This document shows positions 47,201-59,200 of a stretch of 64,000 nt of DNA, in pieces. This DNA comes from Convolutriloba macropyga (lineage: Eukaryota). The notes under the pieces were generated by a model. The model ran no database searches, was not told the DNA's origin, and was given only the letters and a program-made list of their open reading frames with translations. The translations under genes and the position numbers were made by a program. Within the stretch, counting starts at the first letter, position 1. Each line of letters begins with the position of its first letter. Location of the stretch: the NCBI RefSeq assembly GCF_964194025.1, contig NC_134472.1, positions 67,518,001 to 67,582,000 on the forward strand, read 5' to 3'.

Positions 47201-50200
47201 GCTTCGTCACCAAAATTAACGTCTCCAAAAACATCAGAACATTTTTCCATAATCGCTCTTAGTCTATCATTTTTAATTGAAGAAAAGTCATTTTTAACAA
47301 CCTGGACTGATAAGTGGCTGTTGTCAACTGGTGTTAAAGATTGTCTCGTAGAAAGACCTGTTAAGTTGTCAATTAAGGTGAGGTTGTCACAATTAACTGT
47401 TATTTTGAATTCATTCAGAAAGTCTAAGCCGAGAATATTGTCCTTGACATCTGCTACAAAGAATGTGAAAGGAAATGTTCGTCGCAAAGAGGGAATTGAA
47501 ATTGATAATGACATTCTGCCAAAAATTTTAATTGCATCTCCATTGACTGTTCTAAGTTTTGTTACAGTAGGAGTAACGAAGTTTGTATTAATAAAACTTG
47601 GCATAATTATTGAAGTCATTGAACCAGTGTCTGCTATGAAATCAATTGAACTGTCTCCTAATTTTGCGGCTATGCGAATGCAAAGATTTCCCCCAGAGGT
47701 TGCCGCACACAAACTAGGGGTTACTAGTTTGACTGATTTGAAAGAGAATTTGTTCGAGACGTTGGCTCGATGTTTTTGGGCTTTTGTCCTGGCCACTGAC
47801 ACCAAGGTTTACATGATTTTGCTTTTTCAGCAAAATAGAGATGATAACGACAAATTTTTGGCCTTTGACCTGCTGTGAAAGGTCTATGTGTATTCTCGAT
47901 TGACCTGTTAGACTTTGAGTTGTTAATAGGTTGGTTGCTTTTTGTTGAATGCTGATTGTACTACGATCTTGTTGGAATCTGTTGTGCTGAGGCTGCGAAT
48001 ACGTTTGGAGTAGGTGTGGCAACTATGGTGTTTGAGTAGCTGTAAATGGTATCAGCTAATTTGGCAAATTGTTCAACGGGAAGTTCTAGGTGTGCTGAGA
48101 GTGCCGTTTTAACAGAAATTGGCATTGCTTGCATTAACCTGTGTTTTATGACATCGTCATCTAAGGTCAAGTTGCATTCGGCAAGCTTTCTTTGAATTCT
48201 CATTAAGCACAATGAAGGTTTTTGGCCGTCCAATGAAATCATTCCCAGGGCTTCTTCAATCATTTCTTGTTTTGACTTCTGGAATATGCCGCAGATATGT
48301 TCTTTGATGTCACGATAATTGTCTATGCCCATTGGAAGATTGATTGCAACGTCTTCGGGAATTGCAGCAAGTATGTGATGAAATTTTGTTTCATCATTTG
48401 TTATTCCGGCAAGGACAAATTGAGATTCCATTTGACGGAACCATACTCCAGGATTTGACCTGTAGAAAACAGGAGGTTTCACAGAAACTCTTCCAACATA
48501 GCCTCCTGAAGCTATATGTTGTTGAGCGAGCAATATATTTGGATCAATTGCTCCAGCTAGAGTCTGGGATCCCGATGGAAATTGTCCCCCCATACCTGTA
48601 CCTACCGAACCTCCAGCGTCACCCGAACCTGTACCTATACCTGTACCCGCCATACCAATACCTGTTATTACCATACCCGAACCTGTACCTACCAAACCCT
48701 GACCATTACCTACCAAACCTTGACCTTTACCTACCGAACCCGAACCTACCGTACCGAAACCCCCCAAACCTGTACCTACCGGGCTACCCCTCGAACCATC
48801 CATCGCCGTAAAACCGGTAATGGGAAAAAAATAACGGGGCCCCGGAAAGGAAACAAATTTAAGAAGTCGAGCAAAGGTAAAGTTCGACTCGAATTTTTTT
48901 TTAATAAAACGATTAAGTTTGATTTTGATTATCGTGAGGGAAAAATAGGTTGTTAGCTTCCGTATTAGGCGTATGTTAATAGTTAAGGGTCACCATTGTA
49001 GGAGTAGGGGAATCCTAACTTATTATCTAAATACGCCTTTCCCTTTAAAACATTAGGTATATATTTTTTACTGTAATGGAAGCATATCGAGAAATCAACT
49101 GTAATATAGACAATCAACAAAGCTTATGAAGCTAAAACGTGGTTACATACAAATCATGACTTCTACATTTCCGATTTCATTTTGAACGCTTTAACTTTTC
49201 CTTATATGATTATACTTGATATAATGACCTCTAAATACTGCTGTGTCCTACAGAAGTTCCCCAAAACGTTTAGTTATGAGAAAAACAAGAAAATCTCTCC
49301 CTGATAGAAACTTTTTGGTTTGCGTCATCAAACAGATTAACAAACTTCATTTTAACACTAAGTTTAACGTCTTCGATGACTCTTTGCGCTTTCGGAATGA
49401 TATCAAGCCACTTTTTTCAATGTTTTTGTTGAATAAATTTGATAACCATCATTTTAATTGTTTGTTTTGATTGCTATATAGTGCTTAAGTGGGCAATTAA
49501 GTCTTTTACTACCACTTCATTGGAGAGAAGTTTAAGAAGAAACAATTCATGAGACAAATACATCAATTATATATTTTTCGGTTTATTTAGTTTCTGCTGC
49601 TTGTTTATTTTGCTTTTATTGAAAAAAATTGTGGCTGTTGCCATTCATTCGTGAATTCTCCAAACGGCGAGCTTAATTTATTTAATTTTTGCAGAGTTGA
49701 GACCTGTTCATCTTAAGCATTCAGTCCAACGCAATTGTTTGATCGAGAGTTTAAAAATAAGATTTGCGATAAATCAATTTTTTAAAGAATCTCCCAACCT
49801 TCGTAAATTCTTTGAATAAAAGATTTTATTGCTAAAAGACGTGTCGTCAAAAGAGGATTGTGAGTTTTGGATCCTAATGGATTTTTAATGTTTAAATGTT
49901 AAATTTTTAGTGTTTAAATGTGTAAACTTTCTTCTTGAACACTTGGTAAAGCTTTTGAAAGTACCTCTAAAGTCATAGCGTGTCTTTGGTCGGCAGAGGT
50001 TATTTGTGCCATGAATAATTGCGCTTGAAAAGTTCAAAACTGTCATTTTATTTTTTGTTCCGACCCCACTTGTGGGGGGGGGGGGAGGAACTATATACTC
50101 AAATGGGTTTTTTTGTTCAGTCAATTTTGGCCGATCGATATATTCATCGCAGAGAAATGTGAGTGGTATCATTAAAAAGCTGGTCCAGCGTAGAATTCAA

Positions 50201-53200
50201 CATTAAAAAGATTTTTTGATTTTCGTTTTTTTCGAGGAGTTATCGAGGATTGAAATTTTGTGTGAACAACGGGATATTTGTTCACTTTTAGTGTGATTTT
50301 TCTTCAAATTAAGATATTTTCTTTAAAAATAGTATTTCAAACTTAAATTTCCTGACAAAAAAACCAATTTCGTGTTCTTAATAGACTAAAGGCGATAAAA
50401 AAGACTAGTTCTGGTCTCATAGGGAGCTTCAATATAAAAAAAAATCGAAATTTTTTGAGAGCTGTTTTTTTTTACAGTTTTTAAAACTTTTCTACTTTTT
50501 TTGCTTTTTTAAGTCACCTAGAGACAAGTCACTTTTCATACCGAGGTTCCATTAGTGGAAAACCTCCTTTACAGTCAAATGAAGCCCAATGAACAAAAAA
50601 ATCAATTTCAAGGAATTGCTCATGTCTTTTTTAAATTCGACTCTGAGTTTTCGTAATTTTAATTGAAATTTTGAATTTTTTTGAGGTTTTACTAATTTTT
50701 TGGAATCTTATGGCCTGGCCTCATTGACTAGCAGTGCAATATGTTCCGTAATGAGATTTAAGTGAAAATATTCAGTCCTTTGAGCGGACAGCTAATGGCT
50801 GTTAAGACTTCAAAAATAATTTTTCGAAAATTTTTTTTAACATTAACCAATCGTAAACTTATTATCGTGAACTGTAAGTCAGTCTCTGTGATGACAGCAC
50901 CCTTTTCCCTACTATGGTTTCAAATGGCTTCGACCTTTTATTCTCGCACTTCTCTACCGAATTTTTGGCTTTTGCCTGATTTTGTTGTTTTTTAGTCATA
51001 AGACTTATAAGACTTGTTGAGATTTCTTATTGATCACCTTTGCATGACAAACATCCCATTACTCCTATTGAAGCATATTTGAGCGTATTTTTTGACTTCC
51101 GTTGAAACTTAATGAATTTAATGGCTGTTAAGTATTTAAAAAATAATTTTTCGAAATTTTTTTTGAACATTAACCAATCTTAAAATTTTGCTGAACTGTT
51201 AGTCACTCTCAATATTGACAGAACCCACTTGCTTTCTAAAGAAACGAAAATAAATTTCGTTGCTGTTTTTATCTTCTAACTATTGATTATATGACTTCAA
51301 TAACAGAAGAATTCAAAATTAAAAATTTTTGGGTATTTTCCTATTATTGGCTACTTTTGAACTCTTATCACATTATCCAAATATTATACACACTATACAG
51401 ATATTATTTTAATCCCATTGGCTTGGAAAGGACATTCAGTGGATCACTGATAAAGTTTTCAGAGGAAAGCTAATGGTTTAAATGGCTTCGAAATTTTCTT
51501 CTCGCCTTTTTCTACTGAATTTTGGTTTTCGCATGTTTTTGTTGTTGTTTTCATTGTCTTAAGACTTATTGTGATCTCTTATTGATTATCTGTGCATGAC
51601 AAGCATTTTTTTTTATTTTTTATTTTATAAAAATTATTTTATTTTATTTTATTTAATTATTTTATTTAGTTAGGCGAGCTTATTTTATTTAATTTTTGCA
51701 GAGTTGAGACTTGTTCATCTTAAGCATTCAGTCCAACGCAATTGTTTGATCGAGAGTTTAAAAATAAGATTTGCGATAAATCAATTTTTTAAAGAATCTC
51801 CCAAACTTCGTAAATTCTTTGAATAAAAGATTTTATTGCTAAAAGACGTGTCGTCAAAAGAGGATTGTGAGTTTTGGATCCTAATGGATTTTTAATGTTT
51901 AAATGTTAAATTTTTAGTGTTTAAATGTGTATAGTTTCTTCTTGAACACTTGGTAAAGCTTTTGAAAGTACCTCTAAAGTCATAGCGTGTCTTTGGTCGG
52001 CAGAAGTTATTTGTGCCATGAATAATTGCGCTTGAAAAGTTCAAAACTGTCATTTTGTTTTTTGTTCCGACCCCACTTGTGGGGGGGGGGGAGGAACTAT
52101 ATACTCAAATGGGTTTTGTTTTGTTCAGTCAATTTTGGCCGATCGATATATTCATCGCAGAGAAATGTGAGTGGTATCATTAAAAAGCTGGTCCAGCGTA
52201 GAATTCAAAATTAAAAAGATTTTTTGATTTTCGTTTTTTTCGAAGAGTTATCGAGGATTGAAATTTTGTGTGAACAACGGGATATTTGTTCACTTTTAGT
52301 GTGATTTTTCTTCAAATTAAGATATTTTCTATAAAAATAGTATTTCAAACTTAAATTTCCTGACAAAAAATGAACCAATTTCGTGTTCTTAATAGACTAA
52401 AGGCGATAAAAAAGACTAGTTCTGGTCTCATAGGGAGCTTCAATATAAAAAAAAAATCGAAATTTTTTGAGAGCTGTTTTTTTTATAAAACTTTTCTACT
52501 TTTTTTTCCTTTTTTAAGTCACCTAGAGACAAGTCACTTTTCATACCGAGGTTCCATTAGTGAAAAACCTCCTTTACAGTCAAATGAAGCCCAATGAACA
52601 AAAAATCAATTTCAAGGAATTGCTCATGTCTTTTTTAAATTCGACTCTGAGTTTTCGTAATTTTAATCGAAGTTTTGAATTTTTTTGAGGTTTTACTAAT
52701 TTTTTGGAATCTTATGGCCTGGCCTCATTGACTAGCAGTGCAATTTGTTCCGTAATGAGATTTAAGTGAACATATTTAGTGCTTTGAGTGGACAGCTAAT
52801 GGCTGTTAAGACTTTAAAAATAATTTTTCGAAAATTTTTTTGAACATTAACCAGTTATAAACTTATTATCGTGAACTGTAAGTCAGTCTCTGTGATGACA
52901 GCACCCTTTTCCCTACTACCGCAACCAAATTTGGTCTAGCTGGCGGTTTTTTCTTCTAGCTTTTAGTAATATGACTTCAATGACACAAGATTTCAAAAAG
53001 TTTTAAAATTTTTTTGGATATTTCCGTTTTATTGGTTACTTTTGGAATCTTATCACATTATCCTATTGACAGCTCCTATTGGCTTCAAGAAGACGTTCAG
53101 TGGATCACAGATAAAAGTTTTTGGAGAAAAGCTTATGGTTTCAAATGGCTTCGACCTTTTATTCTCGCTCTTCTCTGCCGAATTTTTGGCTTTTGCCTGA

Positions 53201-56200
53201 TTTTGTTGTTTTTTTCATAGTCATAAGACTTATAAGACTTGTTGAGATTTCTTATTGATCACCTCTGCATGACAAACATCCCATTACTCCTATTAAAGCA
53301 TATTTGAGCGTATTTTTTGACTTCCGTTGAAACTTAACGAATTTAATTGCTGTTAAGTATTTAAAAAATAATTTTTCGAAAATTTTTTTTGAACATTTAC
53401 CAATATTAAAATTTTGCTGAACTGTTAGTCACTCTCAATATTGACAGAACCCACTTGCTTTCTAAAGAAACTAAAATAAATTTCGTTGCTGTTTTTATCT
53501 TCTAACTATTGATTATATGACTTCAATAACAGAAGAATTCAAAATTAAAAAATTTTGGATATTTTCCTATTATTGGCTACTTTTGAACTCTTATCACATT
53601 ATCCAAATATTATACACACTATACAGATATTATTTTAATCCCATTGGCTTGGAAAGGACATTCAGTGGATCAATGGTAAAGTTTTCAGAGGAAAGCTGAT
53701 GGTTTAAATGGCTTCGAAATTTTCTTCTCGCATTTTTCTACTGAATTTTGGTTTTCGCATGTTTTTGTTGTTGTGTTCACTGTCTTAAGACTTATTGTGA
53801 TCTCTTATTGATTATCTGTGCATGACAAGCATATTTTTTATTTAATTTTTATTTTATAAAAATTATTTTATTTTATTTTATTTTATTTTATTTAGTTAGG
53901 CGAGCTTATTTTATTTAATTTTTGCAGAGTTGAGACCTGTTCATCTTAAGCATTCAGTCCAACGCAATTGTTTGATCGAGAGTTTAAAAATAAGATTTGC
54001 GATAAATCAATTTTTTAAAGAATCTCCCAACCTTCGTAAATTCTTTGAATAAAAGATTTTATTGCTAAAAGACGTGTCGTCAAAAGAGGATTGTGAGTTT
54101 TGGATCCTAATGAATTTTTAATGTTTAAATGTTAAATTTTTAGTGTTTAAATGTGTAAACTTTCTTCTTGAACACTTGGTAAAGCTTTTGAAAGTACCTC
54201 TAAAGTCATAGCGTGTCTTTGGTCGGCAGAGGTTATTTGCGCCATGAATAATTGCGCTTGAAAAGTTCAAAACTGTCATTTTGTTTTTTGTTCCGACCCC
54301 ACTTGTGGGGGGGGGAGGAACTATATACTCAAATGGGTTTTTTTGTTCAGTCAATTTTGGCCGATCGATATATTCATCGCAGAGAAATGTGAGTGGTATC
54401 ATTAAAAAGCTGGTCCAGCGTAGAATTCAAAATTAAAAAGATTTTTTGATTTTCGTTTTTTTCGAAGAGTTATCGAGGATTGAAATTTTGTGTGAACAAC
54501 GGGATATTTGTTACTTTTAGTGTGATTTTTCTTCAAATTAAGATATTTTCTATAAAAATAGTATTTCAAACTTAAATTTCCTGACAAAAAATGAACCAAT
54601 TTCGTGTTCTTAATAGACTAAAGGCGATAAAAAAGACTAGTTCTGGTCTCATAGGGAGCTTCAATATAAAAAAAAATCGAAATTTTTTGAGAGCTGTTTT
54701 TTTTTATAAAACTTTTCTACTTTTTTTCCTTTTTTTAAGTTACCTAGAGACAAGTCACTTTTCATACCGAGGTTCCATTAGTGAAAAACCTCCTTTACAG
54801 TCAAATGAAGCCCAATGAACAAAAAAATCAATTTCAAGGAATTGCTCATGTCTTTTTTGAATTCGACTCTGAGTTTTCGTAATTTTAATCGAAATTTTGA
54901 ATTTTTTTGAGGTTTTACTAATTTTTTGGAATCTTATGGCCTGGCCTCATTGACTAGCAGTGCAGTTTGTTCCGTAATGAGATTTAAGTGAACATATTTA
55001 GTGCTTTGAGCGGACAGCTAATGGCTGTTAAGAGTTTAAAAATAATTTTTCGAAAATTTTTTTGAACATTAACCAATCATAAACTTATTATCGTGAACTG
55101 TAAGTCAGTCTCTGTGATGACAGCACCCTTTTCCCTACTACCGTAACCAAATTTGGTCTAGCTGGCGGTTTTTTCTTCTAGCTTTTAGTAATATGACTTC
55201 AATGACACAAGATTTCAAAAAGTTTTAAAATTTTTTTTAGATATTTCCGTTTTATTGTTTACTTTTGGAATCTTATCACATTATCCTATTGACAGCTTCT
55301 ATTGGCTTCAAGAAGACGTTCAGTGGATCACAGATAAAAATTTTTGGAGAAAAGCTTATGGTTTCAAATGGCTTCGACCTTTTATTCTCGCACTTCTCTA
55401 CCGAATTTTTGGCTTTTGCCTGATTTTGTTGTTTTTTTCATAGTCATAAGACTTATAAGACTTGTTGAGATTTCTTATTGATCACCTCTGCATGACAAAC
55501 AGCCCATTACTCCTATTGAAGCATATTTGAGCGTATTTTTTGACTTCCGTTGAAACTTAACGAATTTAATGGCTGTTAAGTATTTAAAAATTAATTTTTC
55601 GAAAATTGTTTTTGAACATTAACCAATCTTAAAATTTTGCTGAACTGTTAGTCACTCTCAATATTGACAGAACCCACTTGCTTTCTAAAGAAATTAAAAT
55701 TAATTTCGTTGCTGTTTTTATCTTCTAACTATTGATTATATGACTTCAATAACAGAAGAATTCATTATTAAAAAATTTTGGATATTTTCCTATTATTGGC
55801 TACTTTGAACTCTTATCACATTATCCAAATATTATACACACTATACAGATATTATTTTAATCCCATTGGCTTGGAAAGGACATTCAGTGGATCACTGGTA
55901 AAGTTTTCAGAGGAAAGCTAATGGTTTAAATGGCTTCGAAATTTTCTTTTCGCACTTTTCTACTGAATTTTGGTTTTCGCATGTTTTTGTTGTTGTGTTC
56001 ATTGTCTTAAGACTTATTGTGATCTCTTATTGATTATCTGTGCATGACAAGCATATTTTTTATTTAATTTTTATTTTATAAAAATTATTTTTTTTTATTA
56101 TTTTATTTAGTTAGGCGAGCTTATTTAATTTAATTTTTGCAGAGTTGAGACGTGTTCATCTTAAGCATTCAGTCCAACGCAATTGTTTGATCGAGAGTTT

Positions 56201-59200
56201 AAAAATAAGATTTGCGATAAATCAATTTTTTAAAGAATCTCCCAATCTTCGTAAATTCTTTGAATAAAAGATTTTATTGCTAAAAGACGTGTCGTCAAAA
56301 GAGGATTGTGAGTTTTGGATCCTAATGAATTTTTAATGTTTAAATGTTAAATTTTTAGTGTTTAAATGTGTAAACTTTCTTCTTGAACACTTGTTAAAGC
56401 TTTTGAAAGTACCTCTAAAGTCATAGCGTGTCTTTGGTCGGCAGAGGTTATTTGTGCCATGAATAATTGCGCTTGAAAAGTTCAAAACTGTCATTTTGTT
56501 TTTTGTTCCGACCCCACTTGTGGGGGGGGGGAGGAACTATATACTCAAATGGGTTTTTTTTCAGTCAATTTTGGCCGATCGATATATTCATCGCAGAGAA
56601 ATGTGAGTGGTATCATTAAAAAGCTGGTCCAGCGTAGAATTCAAAATTAAAAAGATTTTTTGATTTTCGTTTTTTCGAGGAGTTATCGAGGATTGAAATT
56701 TTGTGTGAACAACGGGATATTTGTTCACTTTTAGTGTGATTTTTCTTCAAATTAAGATATTTTCTATAAAAATAGTATTTCAAACTTAAATTTCCTGACA
56801 AAAAATGAAACAATTTCGTGTTCTTAATAGACTAAAGGCGATAAAAAGACTAGTTCTGGTCTCATAGGGAGCTTCAATATAAAAAAAAATCGAAATTTTT
56901 TGAGAGCTGTTTTTTTTATAAAACTTTTCTACTTTTTTTCCTTTTTTAAGTCACCTAGAGACAAGTCACTTTTCATACCGAGGTTCCATTAGTGAAAAAC
57001 CTCCTTTACAGTCAAATGAAGCCCAATGAACAAAAAAATCAATTTCAAGGAATTGCTCATGTCTTTTTTTAAATTCGACTCTGAGTTTTCGTAATTTTAA
57101 TCGAAATTTTGAATTTTTTTGAGGTTTTACTAATTTTTTGGAATCTTATGGCCTGGCCTCATTGACTAGCAGTGCAATTTGTTCCGTAATGAGATTTAAG
57201 TGAACATATTTAGTGCTTTGAGTGGACAGCTAATGGCTGTTAAGACTTTAAAAAAAATTTTTCGAAAATTTTTTTTAACATTAACCAATTATAAACTTAT
57301 TATCGTGAACTGTAAGTCAGTCTCTGTGATGACAGCACGCTTTTCCCTACTACCGCAACCAAATTTGGTCTAGCTGGCGGTTTTTTCTTCTAGCTTTTAG
57401 TAATATGACTTCAATGACACAAGATTTCAAAAAGTTTTAAAATTTTTTGGATATTTCCGTTTTATTGGTTACTTTTGGAATCTTATCACATTATCCTATT
57501 GACAGCTCCTATTGGCTTCAAGAAGACGTTCAGTGGATCACAGATAAAAGTTTTTGGAGAAAAGCTTATGGTTTCAAATGGCTTCGACCTTTTATTCTCG
57601 CTCTTCTCTGCCGAATTTTTGGCTTTTGCCTGATTTTGTTGTTTTTTTCATAGTCATAAGACTTATAAGACTTGTTGAGATTTCTTATTGATCACCTCTG
57701 CATGACAAACATCCCATTACTCCTATTAAAGCATATTTGAGCGTATTTTTTGACTTCCGTTGAAACTTAACGAATTTAATTGCTGTTAAGTATTTAAAAA
57801 ATAATTTTTCGAAAATTTTTTTTGAACATTTACCAATATTAAAATTTTGCTGAACTGTTAGTCACTCTCAATATTGACAGAACCCACTTGCTTTCTAAAG
57901 AAACGAAAATAAATTTCGTTGCTGTTTTTATCTTCTAACTATTGATTATATGACTTCAATAACAGAAGAATTCAAAATTAAAAATTTTTGGGTATTTTCC
58001 TATTATTGGCTACTTTTGAACTCTTATCACATTATCCAAATATTATACACACTATACAGATATTATTTTAATCCCATTGGCTTGGAAAGGACATTCAGTG
58101 GATCACTGGTAAAGTTTTCAGAGGAAAGCTAATGGTTTAAATGGCTTCGAAATTTTCTTTTCACACTTTTCTACTGAATTTTGGTTTTCGCATGATTTTG
58201 TTGTTGTTTTTATTGTCTTAAGACTTATTGTGATCTCTTATTGATTATCTGTGCATGACAAGCATATTTTTTCTGCCATGGTATTATTTCTGAGCGTAGT
58301 CATTGTCCTCCGTTAAAAGCTTTTGAGTTTAATGGCTGTTAAGACTTTAAAAAAAGATTTTATTTTATTTTCGGGCATTTTTTATATTTGGATCCCGTTG
58401 AAATCTTATCACATTATCCTAATACTAATAATTCCCATTGGTTTAGGGAAGACGTTCAACGGATCGTGCATAAAGTTTTCAGAGAAAAACTTATGATTTA
58501 AATTGCTTCGACACTTTCTTCTGGCACTAATAATTCCCATTGGTTTAGGGAAGACGTTCAACGGATCGTGCATAAAGTTTTCAGAGAAAAACTTATGATT
58601 TAAATTGCTTCGACACTTTCTTCTGGCACTTTTCTAATCGACTTTTGGTTGTTGCCTGTCTTTGTTGTTGTTTTCATCTTAATAACTTGTTTTAAGGTAT
58701 TATTGACCAAATATGAATGTCCAATGAACTTGTTGTCCCACGGAGGCATAATTTAGCGTATTTAGTGGATTCCGTTGAAAGCTAATGAAACTAATGGCGT
58801 TGATACTACGAGTTTTCTCAAAAGTTTCGTGGTACTAATGTATTTGTTCATATTTGACTTTTTGAAACTATATTGATAAAAAAGAGGAATTCGGTGGAGT
58901 TAAAAAATTAATTCAACATAGAAAATTTTTTTTGTGAAAAGTTCATTTTTTATTGTCTTCGACACTTTTATCGCTCAATTTTTTTCTTGAAATAGCTGTT
59001 TTTGCCTGTTTTTGTTCTTTAGGTAGCCGTAACTTGCTGACAATTCTCTTCGGCTTGTAACTGAGGTTTGAATTAATGCTATTACCTGAATCAGTTAGTC
59101 AGTTTATAGCCTTTAGTCTTAAAGTTTATGATATACATTCAAACATTTTTCAAACCTTTCAGATTTTGTTGTTCTTTTCGTCGAATTATAACTTATTTTC

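Larger units (their letters stand above)
43447..49252 (-). mobile_element. Full-length Gypsy/Ty3 LTR retrotransposon (5806 bp) in the PSAT1 intron
   Basis: Two 256-bp LTRs (TGTAGGA...TCCTACA), 4-bp TSD GAAG (43443-43446 and 49253-49256), PBS, PPT, and gag-PR-RT-RNaseH-IN domain order. Confidence 0.97.

Noticed and set aside
47060-47878. 272-aa + strand ORF in the Gypsy element (and the 239-aa ORF at 28408-29127 in BEL)
   Set aside because: Antisense shadows of pol with no independent motifs.
49885-58132. Recurrent small ORFs (MTSITEEF..., MNQFRVLN..., MDISVLL...) as a gene cluster
   Set aside because: They recur only because of the 2.2-kb tandem repeat, are broken by homopolymer indels between units, and have no recognisable motifs.
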